NCBI GenBank assembly: GCA_976551045.1
Contig: CDPCPM010000007.1
Location: 7,812,001-7,876,000 of the forward strand
DNA: 64,000 nt
DNA from: Glaucostegus cemiculus
Lineage: Eukaryota
Reading direction: 5' to 3'
Shown: piece by piece, positions 47,304 to 61,723 of the stretch
How positions within the stretch are numbered: position 1 is the first letter of the stretch
Layout of the letters: each line of letters opens with the position of its first letter
The notes under the pieces: model-generated
What the model saw: only the letters and a program-made list of their open reading frames with translations
The model's database searches: none
What the model was told of the DNA's origin: nothing
Position numbers and translations under genes: made by a program

Positions 47304-50300
47304 CCTGGCTCCTGTTAACTCTCTTTGCCATTCATTGCTTTGCACTGCATCTCCTCCCTTAACATCACCATGGATGTTCATGTCCTTGACACTCCAATCA
47401 CTCAGCAGCTCCAACCCCACAAAGTTCTGACCTCATGCTCCACTGATGCCCCAATGGAGACCTCTGTCACCACTTGATTTCGGCAATTATGGAGCGATCT
47501 TGGAATCAGCTCCTTTATTCCTCCCACACAACACAATCTCCTCATAGAGCTCCAGTTCTTCTTGCCAGCCACTGATGCAAACACAGGCCAAATGAGGTCT
47601 ACGACCAATGGGCATCCTGACACCAAATCTACTCACCCCCTCTCTGCCCCTAGCAGAACCTTCTGATTAAGAGAATGTGTAACATCTATTCAGTGTTAAC
47701 TGAAACCACCATTTGTGCCCTGTTGCTGTGCCCATGATCCACTGCTCCCGTCTTGCTACATGGGAGATAACTTTTGGGTACCTTAGCATTTCTAGGATGT
47801 TATTACAAGCCACTATAGCAAAGCTGAGGCACTGAGTTTTGTAGAATCATGATATCCCCTCCGACCTCCTTAAACGTCTTCCCACCCAATTATGGTTACG
47901 CAAAGATTCCTTGCTTCCTTTAGTGTGTTTACTGGCAGCTCAGCTCTGTGGAGGAGCTGTCAAATTCACCAGTGTTTCTCTCCAAGCCGGCAAGCTTCCT
48001 GTGTCTGGCTAATGTGCACCCGATCTGAAAATTGTCACCATTGTATTGTTTTAAATACAAACATTGACACTAGCTGCAGAAAATCTAACAAGTCGCAACA
48101 GATTCAGGAAAAAGTAGCTACATACAGAAGCAGATCAAGCAGGTTATAATGTCTGCCAGTTTCCAGAGTCCCTGAAGGATTAGCTTAAAATGAAGATGTA
48201 AGACAATTAATTCTTCAATAAAGATTTTATTATAAGTAGTGGAACAGAAATCCCTGTGCATCTCTTTGCAGAGGTAGACTGTAATAAACTACTCAATGTA
48301 TCCTCTCCTAGGCTTGTCACTAATGTAGCTTTGCACCCTTGGGATCTGCTGCCTGGTTTTCCTCTCTCATCTGTCTGCCTTTCTGCCTGGTTGTGTCAGG
48401 CATATCTGCCCTAAGATTGTATCCCCAGCTGAATATTGATAGCTTCTTAAAGGGGAAGTAGAGCTGACTGAATTTTCTGATAATTTCTAAATTTTTAAAA
48501 TATACTAGTGTCCCTCAGATGCCTGTTGTTATGTGTGGTATTAAACTGTAGGTTAAAGGCTTTCTGAAAACAGGCACTTTATACTAAAATTTCCTCTGAT
48601 GTTACAATATGAGGCTTCATTTCAATGGTGCATCATCTTCAGGCACTATATTTAGAACTACAGGAGTACGCTCTCTCTATAATAATTATCTATAACAATC
48701 TGAAGCTTTGCACGAGCAGAAAAGCAAACAAAATTGCCCGTTTATTACTTGGCTGAGTTGTCAGTATGACAACTTGGACCACTTATTCCAGACATGTTGA
48801 ATCTAGCTACAGGAGTATTGTCAGCAATGGAAATTATTAGCTACATTTGGGAATGTAATAAGCATTTTCTTCTATCAGATGCAACTTTATATATTAAATA
48901 CCTGAAATAAAATGTTTCCTAGATGCTGAATGATCTTGCATCAAATGTAAAAAAAATCTCTGGAGCCAAGACAATCCTTAATAATTGGTAGAAAAATATC
49001 CAGGACCTCTAAGTGAAAATTTGGTGTTTTTGGTGATAAACTCATGCTGACTATATGAGGATTACATGTGTCAGAATAAATATCTGTGTGCCTGTACAGA
49101 ATTGTATGCAGCTGTGATGGTAAAACTCAGTCTTGTTTCCATCCAGATGTTGTTCAGGGAGGAAAGACAGTCAATGCCATCTAATAACAAGGGGACAATA
49201 ATGAGTTGTTGCCAGGCAAATGAATGGAACATCAGCTTTCTCCACACCACACTATGCTGTGAATGGAATCCACAAAACAGAACAAATAGAATTAAATCTA
49301 CATAATACTGTAAATATAAGAATCAATTAACATCTATCACAAAATGTGTAGCTATGCAATCAATAATTCTTAGGTACAATTAAAAGATTGCAGTTATCCT
49401 TAACCTAAGCTGTTCTTGGGAGTTGCAACTTACCATTGGTAGCAACTGAGCTGAGCCTTTGAAGCTACAAGCTTACTAATAAAGTACGACTAGGTGAAAG
49501 TCTATGGTTGATGCTGCAAATTTTCTGAAGAAGATACAATAATGCCATCAAATTTCCAAGCAGAAAGATAGTCCAACTATTCAGAAAAAGGGAATTTACG
49601 TTTAACCATGCCTGGATTGCGTAACCATCTAGCTTTTTCACATAATGTACTTCTTTGCCATTATGCATGCTTTTTTTATTACATACAGTATTTCACTACT
49701 TTAAATGTTGCTTATAAATTCCATTCCTTAAATACCATGTCTTTTTATAAATTTGTAAGGCAAATACACTGAAGATAATGAGGTAGATTTTCATCCTCAC
49801 CATTGGGCATAAAGCATTCCCAGATCAGGGTTCAGATGAGGACCACTGGGCACAGAGAATTGTGTGCTTAGCCTGTTTATAGTGAAGGACAATCAAATAG
49901 TCCTTTTGACAACTGAGTAATTCTCCCTGCTTAGTTTTCCCCTTTGCATTACATCCATGCGATGTTTAACAGCCAAACAATTACATAACTGTATTATCTT
50001 TCTTTACGTTGCCAGTAATTCCATAAATTTCAAAACAACAAATCTAAAGCCTGTCCCTATCCAGTACTGAAAGGGGTATTGGTTCACTCATTACTGTAAA
50101 TATTTTTTTTGTACAATGCAATATAAAGAATGATAGGGTATGATTTATCTTCCTATAGTTCTAACCGTAATTCACTCATGACTTCATTGCTCATGAGTTA
50201 CTGGCCCAGCTCACTTGTGAGATATATGTCATATTCCACGAATCTTCATCAAGTATTGTATATGTAATAAATGGTGAAGTTGTGAGATTCTGAAAAATTC

Positions 50301-53300
50301 TTCTGGAGTAAGTTTCCACCTCACCACAGCTTGTCAAAATGAAGTAATTCCTCCCTGGACAGATAGATAGATCTTCAGTGAGTTTAATATCTTTTTCTCC
50401 TGAAGATTTGAAATTGCATGGTTGCTTATCGAGCCATAATTCAGGACTGTACCAAACACTGTTACAGGAGATTTATATGTTGAAATTGATGCCACTTCAA
50501 AGATGCTCTAATAGGGTTTTTGCAGACGTAAATGGATCATCTATAAAAGGATAGGTACAAAATCAAATGGAAATGTGGGACCCTGCATCATTTTTTTTTT
50601 GGTCTCTGTAGTAAAGGATTAAGAGCTGAGTTGAGCAATTTAATAACCAAGAGAGAAAGGTGGTAATTAGGAACAAGAGCCTGAGGCCTCCTCATTTTCT
50701 GAGAAAGAGTTAGGGTAAAAAGGCTAATACTGAGGTGTATAGCCTTTTGCTCTGAATGAATTATGATATCCCTTATTAATAGAAATGAAAAACTTTGAAC
50801 CAATCACCAAAAGAATCCTGCTAACAATTTGGCTGAACTTAGGAACTACAATTATTAGGATTAACACTACTTTGCTGCAAGAGTTTTGAATTATTAGTGA
50901 TATTTAGAATTGTAAGTTTTAAGGTGGTGGGTTTAATTGGGAGGCAAAATTGATTTTCCATGAACTAAGTTCCTGATGTCAATAATAATACTGTGGAAAT
51001 TGATTGGGAGGAATAATGATATGGGTTGCCTGTCATCCATCTCTGCAAAGAAAAGACCAATCTTTGGAACCCAGGCCTCAATACAAGGCACTGGAGCAGC
51101 AGCTACAGACAGGACATGGGATGGAGAAAATATCCACCAAGGCTACATGGGAGTCAGCAATAAACTTTGGAGCGTGAGAAGCATTCCAGTACCACCTGAC
51201 ATTACAAAAACACTTTTGAAATATATCATAGGTGTTTCCTGTTGAACAATTATTGTATATACCACTCAGTGCCAGTAGGTAGGTGCACAAGATTCCTCCA
51301 TTTGTCCTTTAATACGGCAATCAGAACACGAGCCATGTCATTATGACCCTAGTTTTGCTTGGGCAGGTGGTATGCTGCCCTCTTCAGGTTTTCTCTGCAG
51401 CTGACTGGAGACTGACCTCTCAAGATTGTAGTCCCCAAAGCATTAGCAGTGATAGGCCTAACACACTGGATTTTGTGGTCAGAACTGCACTATTATTGGT
51501 TTCTGTATTGATGGTCACAGTGAGGTCGATGCAGGAGTACCGACAACATTCTCTGCTGGGTTTCCCAGATCCTATCAGCAAGCAGAAATTGTGAAGGCCT
51601 GCTTCTGGTAAGTAGTCCCATGAGATGATTACAGTTTGCAGAGGAGTGTCAGACATCTCTCTGCCATGTCCATCAAGTGCTTAAGATATTTAAATTCAAT
51701 TTCATTAAAAACCATTTCCATCTTTCACTTGTACATGTGCACTCTGGTGTGGTGTGGCAGGGAGAGGGGCTCAGATTTTCACAAGGACATTATTCAATAT
51801 AAGGAGATGTATTGTACGTGCCGGTACACCGATCCCAAAATATTTGATCCTGCCCCTATTTATTGTAACTGTTTTATGTCTGATTCCGGGAGGTCAAGCT
51901 CCATGACCCAGCTCATGGACCCCATACAGCTTCCTCCGAGTGTGGTAGGCTCATGCCCACAAAACTCTTGTAGTCTCCCTTTAGGTAAGGAGAGGCAGAT
52001 TTAATAGTGCCAAATGGCTCACACACACAGTCTCTTAGTACCAATCTGAAATTACTTCTGTTTTGAAGGGAATTGTTCAGATTACTGATGTTATGCTTGA
52101 AGGTTTATCTCTCACAATAATGCAGCATAAAAAGACTCAGCCAGCCTGAGTAACCAGAATTATTGTAATTTTTAAATAAATAACCTATTGTGAACATTAA
52201 GCATAATACAGTTTACAGTGTGGACTCAAAGCTAAGGAAAATACAACTCAAAGGCATTACTTTGGTTTCAGTACAAATCAGAAAGAGAGGATAGAGGATT
52301 GTTTTTTTTTCCTTTTACTCAGTTACAGATTTTCTTTGCCAGTCATTATCATCGTGCTGGAGACCCATTTCACAGAAAAGATTGCCATTCAATGAATGGA
52401 GATAAGAATTAGAGCAATGAATAAACCCAATCTGCCCTTTGTTATAATACTATCTCAATGAGGTATTCTGAAATTGATTAGCATTTTCATATGATATACA
52501 TCCTATGATTTTTGATCCTTACTGCGTCTCAGTCTAATGGACATAATACTTTAATTCAAGGGCTGTGTCAGGTGAACATAAGAACAATTTTTGACAATAT
52601 TTATACATATTAGGAATTAATAAATGACATGTTCAAGTCATTTATTGAATACTATCAAGGTAAACATTGCCCTGCCATTCACTGGGAAAGGCAGCTGTCT
52701 CTGTCACACATATATGAGCAAATTTAATAAATTCATTACGGATAAGGATAGAGAAAACCAATTTTGCACACTTTTGATACTTCTTATATTTCTTCCTCCC
52801 ACTGGTACTTTTTAAACTGATGCTGCCTTCTCTCAGTTATATTTCATTTGACTGTATTGTTATTTTCTTCAGCCTCTTTATTTGTAGATGTCTCTTTACT
52901 TCTGTCAGTCTCCTACATGTCATGTGTTCTCAGCTTTTCTGCCAATCACAAGCTTCTTCCAGGTTTTTTTCAGTTCCTATGATCTAATAATTCCCTTTCT
53001 CCATTCTTATATTTTATGGCCAACTGCATTTCTATTCTTTACCATTACGTCTGTCTCCACTTTCTAGTTGTATGTGTGTTGTTGGCTTGTTCCTTGTCCT
53101 GTTCCTAGTTTATTCCTCTATTTCAGTCATCCTATTTCCTTTTGTTTCCCACTATTTCTATAAGTTTTACAGCCACTAAGGCAGGTTCAGATGCTTTGAC
53201 AAAGAAAGAACTGTCAATTATAACTGGGTATAATGTGAGAAGAGTTCATATTGAATATCACAACTAGATTCATCAAAATAACCTTGGACTTTTTATTACT

Positions 53301-53537
53301 AATTAAAAACAAATTACTGACTTGAAGACATGAAAACAGAGATCAGAAGTATATATTACTAAAGCCTGAACCACCCCCCCCAGTGCAAATAATTCACTAC
53401 CCTTCCTTCACAAAATCCTATTGTGACACTCTGTACCCCTAATCTAAATTGCATTTCGTTCTCTCATCCTACTATTTTTGGATTTTGTCCTTGTTTGTGC
53501 ACCGCAACTTATTCCTCCTCTCTCACCTTCCCTTCAA

Positions 53538-53663
53538 CTCCCACATTCCAAAAGACGTACGGGTAGGTTCATTTGTGGGTTTAAAATGGGCGGCGCAGAC
53601 TCGTTGGGCCGAAAGGGCCTGTTACCACATTGTAAATAAAATTTTTAAAAAAAATTAAAAAAA
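53538..53663 (+). mobile_element. 5'-truncated young V-SINE
   Basis: Closely matches the 3' half of 13644-13898 and 61470-61723. Confidence 0.9.
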
Positions 53664-54849
53664 TATTGTCTAGGACCCTTTCTAAGTTTCACTGAGAGTT
53701 CACTCTTCTTTTGCCAAGCATTGAGAAGGCTTATCCTAGATGGTTTCAATTCATCGTGGCTCAATTCCTTTCATTTTATATATTAATTTAGTCCCTTAAC
53801 TGCTCCGTCCATATGGACTTTTCCATTGATGCTTCTGCAAATCCTTCAATCTTACCATTCTTTGTGCATTCATCACCACCTTCTCTAGGACAGTTAGTGG
53901 CAGGCAATAAATGTTAGCGATGCCTAGTTTCTGCAAACGAGTAAATAAAACTAATTTCAAGCACCATCAGGGTTACCGCTGACCAATTCCTGGCATTCCT
54001 CAGCAACCATATTCCATTCCTGAGTTGCATGCCCCCTTCCTCTGGAAAAGCTCTGCCCATGTCATTCATAACCAGACATTTAAACTCCACCTGCCTAGCC
54101 TTTTGCCCTTGTACGTTGTAATGTTTGTAAGTCATTAATTTGATCAACTCTTCCCTCTCAGTTCCATCTTTAAAATCCTTCTCCACAGCAAAACCTTTAC
54201 CCCCTCTATATTCCAGTCAATCCACTCACATATCTTCATGTCTACTTCCTCAAGTACAAGAGCAGTGTTTCAGCACTTCTAACATATATGCCATACCAGT
54301 CAAATCTGATTGAACCTCATCAAGTGCAACCAAATCTCATTATATTTGACTAGCACTGCCCACAAATCCAAGATAGTCATTAAGATCAATGTTAATCCTC
54401 AGTTTGTTTTCTCCACTGCCAACCTTCTGCTTAAGTCCTTCTCTCCCATTCTCTATGTTTCTCACAACTAGCTCATCCTGTTCATGAGCCTCTCCTCATT
54501 CTCTTCAACCTCATTCCTATTAAACAATTACTTTTATCTGCTATCCATTCTAGATTATAGTTTAGATAATTCCCACTCATCAGGTAAAATCCAACTTCCA
54601 TTTCAAAGGATCTCTTCCTCAACAAAAAAGTCCTCATTCACTTGTTATGCAAAGTATTACTGTATCTGCAATATGCCTTCCTCTTCAAATGAGCAGCTTC
54701 TCATCACTTCAAATATTTGAAGACCCTTAATTAGGTTTCACCCTGCCCATTGCACCAAATTAGTTCCAAACAAAATAACAAATGATATTCCGTGTGAGCA
54801 TTACTGTGATTCACCAGCTTTTCCTTTCTCTTCTTTGGCATAGGTGAAT

Positions 54850-55126
54850 GTATCAAAGACCCCCACCATCTTCTCACAGCTACCATCGGGCAGGAGGTAC
54901 AGAAGTCTGCAGCCCCCACACCACCAGGTTCAAGACCATTTATTTCCCTTCAACCATCCGATTCTTGAACCAATCTACACAATCCCAATAATTATCTCAG
55001 TAAACAACACAATGATTATTTTGACCACTTTGCACCACAATAGATTTTGTTTTTATTGTTCTAATTGCATTCTTTCTTGTATAATTTATGTGAATATGGT
55101 AATAATAAACTCAACTCGACTCGACT
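54850..55126 (+). mobile_element. Rex/Babar LINE 3' fragment
   Basis: FSQLPSGRRYRSL..TTRFK..YFP.TIRFLN; tail aataaactcaactcgactcgactc. Confidence 0.8.
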
Positions 55127-55427
55127 CCTCCTCCAATATCTCCTTGTCAGGGAAGCCACAATCACCTGGCTCCACTTTTACATCATAATCCATGAATCTT
55201 TTGCAGTGGTTTCCTGTCTGTTTACACTATGATATCGGGCCCCCCACACATCCATTCCTGGACTCCGTCTCTCATGTATCCACATCTGCCCTTTAATGGC
55301 ATCATAATCAAACATGGGGTTAGGTTCTGCATCTATCCCAACCTCTCAACCTTACAGTGGCCCAGTGCTGCCAGACTGCTTATCTGATATCTACTTTTAA
55401 ATTGATGTGACTTATTACTTTGTAAGA

Positions 55428-56080
55428 GGTGGACACTGCTGGTAAGGCCTGCATCTATTTCCCTTCCTTAATTGTCCTTGATAAGGTGCTGAGCTGCCTA
55501 GATGAACTGCTGCAATCATTCTGCTGAGGGCACTCACAGGAGTTAGATCCAGTGGTCATAAGGGGATGGTAATTTTTTTCCAAGTCAGGATGATGTATGA
55601 CTTAGAAACTTGGAAAGGAACTTGCATCTGGTTCCATGCAACTGCTGTCATTGCCCTTCAAGGTGGCAGAATAATGGGACTGAGAAGTGCTGCTGGTGTA
55701 GCTTTGGTCAGTTGCTAAAGTGCATTTTGTGGCTCATGCACACTATATTTACAGTGCTTCGTTGGTGGAGGGGGAGCAGATGGGGTGACATTCAATAGGC
55801 CTGGATTCTGTCGAGCTAAATGTTGTTATTGGAAATATTTGCATCGAGGCAAATGGAAAGTTTTCTATCATGGTCCTGACTTAAATAATGGAAAAACTTT
55901 GGGCTGTTAGTCACTCACCACAGGACACGCAGCCTCTGATTTTTTCTTGTAGCCACAGTATTTTATGTGCCTAATTCAGATTAGTTTTAGATCAATGGTA
56001 ACCACTAGACTGTTGATGGTGGGTCCTCAGTGATGGTGGTGTCATTAGATTCCAAAGATAGATGGAACAATCATTGCCTC
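55428..56080 (-). mobile_element. CR1-like LINE 3' fragment (same family as 42972)
   Basis: ggtggacactgctggtaaggcctgcatctatttcccttccttaattgtccttga... Confidence 0.55.
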
Positions 56081-56089
56081 TGTTTAACT

Positions 56090-56785
56090 GTGAGAAGGAC
56101 AGAGTGATGATCTTTGGTCCACGTCACAAACATGCAGCACCAACCATCTCATTGACCCTTGTCCCAAGTTGAATCAAATAGAAATGCAAAAGCAAAATTT
56201 GTGTGGAAATCAAAAATACAAGCAGAATATTGCTGGAAATACACATCAGGTCAGGCAGTATCTGTATTTTGAGAAACAAAAGTTATCATTTGAGGACAAT
56301 ATTCTTTCATCAAATTACTAGTAATCCTTGCATCTATTTGACCCCAAATTAAGCTTCTAAACCACATGCACTCTAATACAAAAATCAACAATATCCACCT
56401 CAATAACATCCCACTTTCTTTTTCATCTCAACCAATCTGCTGGTGAAAGCCTCATCCATGCTTTTGTTTTCTCTGGTACACTCCTGACTATCCTTTCAAA
56501 CTTCACTTGCCATAGTCTTTAGCTCACCCAGAATACTGCTGTTCCCCTGCTGCTCTGCACCATCATTACTGTTCTCTCTCCTGGTATACCAAGACATATT
56601 TAAAATTTGGATCCTTCAAGATATTCTATCTCTGCATCTCTTTAAGACTCTTAAATCCATTCCTGAACACCATATTACTCACCCATCTTAGTATCTCTTT
56701 TTATGCCTTAGCACCCATTTCCTTTGATTGCTTCTCTGTGAAACCTTTTGGGATGGTTTCCTGCTTTAACGGTGCTATTTTAACT
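56090..56785 (+). mobile_element. Decayed L2-type 3' region with a nested Penelope-like terminus (~56200-56312)
   Basis: ctcatccatgcttttgttttctct (LIHAFV.S-like); nested tgctggaaatacacatcaggtcaggcagtatctg. Confidence 0.55.
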
Positions 56786-57954
56786 ATTTATAAATTTGGA
56801 GATAAACTCAAATAGCATACTCAATTGCTAAGCCACAATCTCAGAAAACACACATTAAACATCTGTGCACACTTGAAAATCTGTAGGGGAATTTCAGCTT
56901 AAAAATTCAGACAGTTAGTTTATTTTTTATTTAAAAACTAAGTTTTTGATATTAAGACTGAGAATTGTTTTTCTAAAATTACACAGGTCTTTTCATTTCT
57001 TAACAATCATCTTATTGTATGGAGTCATTGGTTGAACAAAGAAGTAGGACAAGGTAAGGGTCTAAAATATAAATCAGAAGATATTGAATTATAGCAGAAT
57101 TTTACTACAACATTCTTCCTATGTTATTGTTCATTTCACAGATTACTACTTCAACTTGGAGAGTTGTAATTGAAATTGTTTAATGAGTTTTATTGAATAT
57201 TAATATCTACTTACATTTTAAAATTTAACATATTCATTTTCAACTGAAGAAATGTAATTTTCAGGTTTTCTGTTCCCAATGGAAAAGTTGAAAAAATGGT
57301 ACATGTGAATTTCCAACCATTCGTTTAAATGGCCAAACAAAAATCATGCATAGCTCACATTAATGATTTTGATTTGTGCCTTATTTACCTTACTGGTGGG
57401 AGATTTGCCTCACTGAGAATGCTAATACAGAATGTTTCAAAGAGCGCTAAATGCAGTATTTCATGGTTAAGGTGATGGCAAATGAAAGGCAGTATATCAG
57501 GGAGTTTAGATGGACCAGACCAAGGCTGTTTGCAACCATCATTAAACAAGCTATATGAGCAAAGTTTGTACACTTGACTGGCAATAATTGTGTGCTGCAG
57601 GTTTGCTAAGTCCCATGCCAGCAAAGTTGAAAACAGTAGGTATCCCGCACCATGACACCTGCACTACTAGACTATTCAAGCTTATCTCCTTGTTCAACCT
57701 TTTGCCTATATCTCCTTCCAAACCAGCGTAAGAACCATTTGTGGTATCAGTTAATATCATGCTGGCTTCTGTATAAAACTGTTTAACTAAGGAATATAAT
57801 AATATGGAGAACTTTTATCTGCCTTTTGACTGAACATCAATAGTAATACAACATGTCCACACAAGGATCAAGATAAAAGCTGTGCAGCCATCTTCCTGGC
57901 CTATTTTATGTGTGGAAGCAACTATTCAGCATGCTACTATTTTAAGGGATCAAT

Positions 57955-58195
57955 TGTGAAGCTCTGATAATGAACAAACTAGGGTTCTTTTCTCAAGAAA
58001 AGAGAAGACCAAGGATTGGTTTGACGGATCTCTTAAGACTGTGAAGTAGTTTTATAAGATAAATATGGAGACAATGACTCAATATCAGCAAGGCCAGAAT
58101 CAGGGGCCTCAGATATATAAAAGAGTTAAAACCCAATAGGAAATTCTAAGGAAACTTTTTTTATTAGTATGATTTGCATGTCAGCCTTGATACCA
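57955..58195 (+). mobile_element. Decayed CR1 C-terminal fragment
   Basis: aaactagggttcttttctcaagaaaagagaaga (KLG.FS.EKRR-like). Confidence 0.5.
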
Positions 58196-58197
58196 CA

Positions 58198-58660
58198 AGG
58201 AATACAGCCTTCTGGACTCCACACTGAATTCAACAAGTTCAGATAACCAACCTTTCCAGAGTGCATCAGAACCCACAGTTCTGATGAAATATAATCAACC
58301 TGTAGCATTAACTCAGTTTTACTCTCCCTGCAAATATTGCCTATACTGTTGGGTATATCCTCTAGCAGCTGACGTGTCCTTTATCTTATAGCACCAGCAT
58401 TGTTCTCTCTCTCTTCTTTACTTTATTCATATCTCTCTATTTACATCTGCTCCAGAGAGAGCATCTGCAACGAACAAACTTCACCAACCTTTCTCAGCCA
58501 GCACCACCATCACTCTGTCCCTTTTGATCTTCACCCTACTACAGATATTCCCTTTGCTTTCTCCACCTCCCCCTCTTCTCCGCAACTTAAAACGTGCTTG
58601 TTTTCTATTTTTTTTCCAGTTTTGATGAAAGATCATCAAGCTGAAATGTGAACTCTACTT
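58198..58660 (+). mobile_element. Penelope-like ORF end and terminal repeat remnants (two copies)
   Basis: GIQPSGLHTEFNKFR* at ~58199-58246; tctgatgaaa at ~58280 and tttgatgaaagatc..ctgaaatgtgaac at ~58621. Confidence 0.65.
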
Positions 58661-61393
58661 CACATAAACAGGCCCAATGTATGAAGCAGCTGGAAGGTGT
58701 GTATGCCAGAAGTGTCAGATTTAAGCTGCAGTTTGACTGTGTGCTTTGCTGGAGCACGGTCACACAATGCAAACATCAGAAGAGCTGCAATGTATGTTAA
58801 GGCTGGGCATAATAGCAAAAGCTAGCCGTGTTTCTGTCTGCATTTGTTCTCCAATCACATTGCCATGGCACACACTGTTGGTCCACGTTTCTGTACTGAA
58901 GAACCAACTGGGGAGTCCTTCTTTGCTGCCAACAGCACATCCACAACCAGAGCATCAGTTAGTCACAAGTTCCCTGACCTCAGGAAATCCTGTGGCCAGC
59001 TTAAGTTTTCCACCATGGTGTTCAGTTTAATATTCAGAAGTGATCCTGAGTTTGACCTAATTTCAGAACTGTCCCTATTCAGGGTTCTGTGCACTGGGGC
59101 AAGGAGGAGAACAGCCCACCAGCATGTGTCCGAAGAACAGGTATAATAAGAAGTTATGTATACGGACTAACACGTGACTATAATGTTAAGGACATGCCCC
59201 CTCCAAATTCAGCAAATTTAAATTCCTACATGTGCCTGTCTACTATTGTTTTTACAAAGGATGTTTTCTGGGGAAAGAACCCAGAGTGAACAGCATTCTA
59301 TTAGAGCAACACAATTACTTCATTCCACATTTATGTTCATGTCAGAGAATTACAACAACCAGAGCCCCTTTACGTACTGGTCCTTATGAGTTTCAGAAAT
59401 ATTCTTATATACATTTTTATATTCCATCAATAAAGATGGTTTTCTGTGGATTCAGAACAGTGAGTAGATTTCTGATAATTTCTTGATCCTGTTACTGCAA
59501 GTAAATTAGAGAAAGCTACAGTTGTTGGTATGGAAAAAAAAACAACTGCTATGGTTCACCGAAGCTTACAAATGAGATGGTGGAGCTGTTTTTTGTTAAT
59601 TCATTGTATTTATTTCTGCTGATAACGGAATTTTTATCCTTTTGTATTATCTCTTGTGCCTTGATTTCACTCTGTTTATTGTTTACAAAAAAATTAAAAT
59701 GAATTTAGTCTCATTGCATGATATACTCTATGTATTTTACAGCTATTAAACAGACTATTCCCTTGAGGCCTAATATTGTAATAGTGTAAGCACCATACAT
59801 AGCATTATTTCCCAATATTCACTGGATACTCTGATCATAACCCTGTGACAGTTTAATGAGGTCAGATTAGCATTCTGTGCACAACTACTTATGTGTGGAC
59901 AGTTGACAATCAAAATAAGATTAAGGCTTCCTATATTAACTGCATTTACTCAAATACATGTAAGGGCACTTACATGATGTAATGACATTTAACAATGTGT
60001 AATGCTCCTTCCATTATCATTATATTAAAATAAAATCAAATAATGCAATATAATTTGTTCAGAGAAAGATGCACCAACTGCAATGCATCATTATGGACAT
60101 AAGTGCCTACCATTTAGGACATTAAACCAATTTAGGAGTAGCCAGTTTAAAATTTAATGGACTTGATGGATTTTTGTTTTTAGCATGGTTTACTGATATA
60201 TTTTTGTTGTCTAGCTTCAGGTACCTGCATCATTCAGAGCTCACAGCGTAAGAAAAATCCATCGCTGGCATGTCAGTTGCTGTTACCAAAGGTTGTAGCA
60301 CTTATTATAATTTATTTTGATCCAAGGGCAATAAATTACGATTTCAGCTCGTTTTCAGAAATAAGGAAATAGATGAATCCGTCCACCCGCACTCTTCTCT
60401 CCCTCTGGGATTTCTTCAGCAAGCAATTAGATGTAATTTGCTTAAAGTGACCATCTAAGCAAGACTAACAACACCAAGCGTGTTGTCAAAGAAATTTACT
60501 TTCCTTTAATCACATAACCTTTCTGCCATGAAAGTTGTAGAAATTCTCCCACTGGTGGTTTGTATCAAGAACTATCTAGATATATTATGGAAAAACAGGG
60601 TTTCTGATAATATTTTGAAATAAAACAGCTCCAGAGAAAAGCATTCAAGTTAGATCTGTAGAAGAAAGTATTTGGTCTCTGTATATAATGCTTGTTCACA
60701 TTGAGACACTAATTAAGAACGTGGGCCTGAAAATTCTCTTGTATCCTAATGAATATGCTTGACAGTTGCAGTAATGGCGTGACAGTGACCTTTTCAGCAT
60801 TGGGCCTCAGTTGTAAGCCTTGAGCTGTACTGAATGCATGATACATGTTTCGGGGCCAAATTTTGGCAATGGAATAAGGCTTAGACAACCCCATATGTTG
60901 GGGCTGATTATCAGGACAATGCATTCAATGAGGTGCAGAATGCTTTCCAGCAAAGTGCAAATCCACAGTCTCTGATTTTCCATTCATTTAAATCAATGGA
61001 CAGAAAGTAGTGTGGGCTATGGGCACATCATTTTTCAACCTTTAAGAATGTCGAATTGAAGACCTGAGCTCAACATCTTAATTTCATAATATTCTAACAA
61101 CCTTCCTTGTATTCATTAGAATGCATCTCTCACAGAGCTAAAATAACAATTTTTATGCTTCATTAGAACTGGTTAAGCTCACGGCCTGTAGACACATACT
61201 AACTATTACCTAAGCAAAAGGGAAAAGGCTGGAAATTTCCTGTAGTCTTATTAGCATATTAAAAAGAATAACAGTTTATATTTTGGAACAGCCTTTCATC
61301 AGTGGTGGGTACTGTGGAACTTGTTAGGAAAGACTTCTGCCCTTGTTCTTCTCTTCACTCACAGTTCCTGAAACTTCCAAATGATTACTTCTG

Positions 61394-61420
61394 CTCTCTC
61401 TCTCTTTCTCCGTCTCTCAT

Positions 61421-61465
<45 letters not shown>
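61394..61465. repeat. Compound (CT)n/(CA)n microsatellite
   Basis: ctctctctctct followed by about 22 CA units (61422-61465). Confidence 0.95.
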
Positions 61466-61467
<2 letters not shown>

Positions 61468-61469
61468 AA

Positions 61470-61723
61470 GGGCGGCATGATAGCGTAGCGGTTAGTGTGA
61501 CGCTGTTACAGTGCCAGCGATCGGGGTTCGATTCCCATTGCTGACTGTAAGGAGTTTGTACATTCTCCCGTGTCTGCATGGGTTTCCTCCGGGTGCTCCG
61601 GTTTCCTCCCACATTCTAAAAGACGTACGGGTAGGTTAATTTGGGGCTTTAAAATGGGTGGCACAGACTCATTGGGCCGAAAGGGCCTGTTACCACGCTG
61701 TAAATAAATTTAAAATTTAAAAA
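61470..61723 (+). mobile_element. Young tRNA-derived V-SINE
   Basis: A box, B box ggggttcgattcc, V-domain, tail tgggccgaaagggcctgttacc and A/T-rich end. Confidence 0.92.

Noticed and set aside
58746-59289. Overlapping ORFs of 66-100 aa as a host exon
   Set aside because: No recognisable domain and no convincing flanking splice-site pair.
61302-61612. His/Thr-repeat and Cys/Val-repeat ORFs
   Set aside because: Translations of the (CA)n microsatellite and the adjacent SINE.
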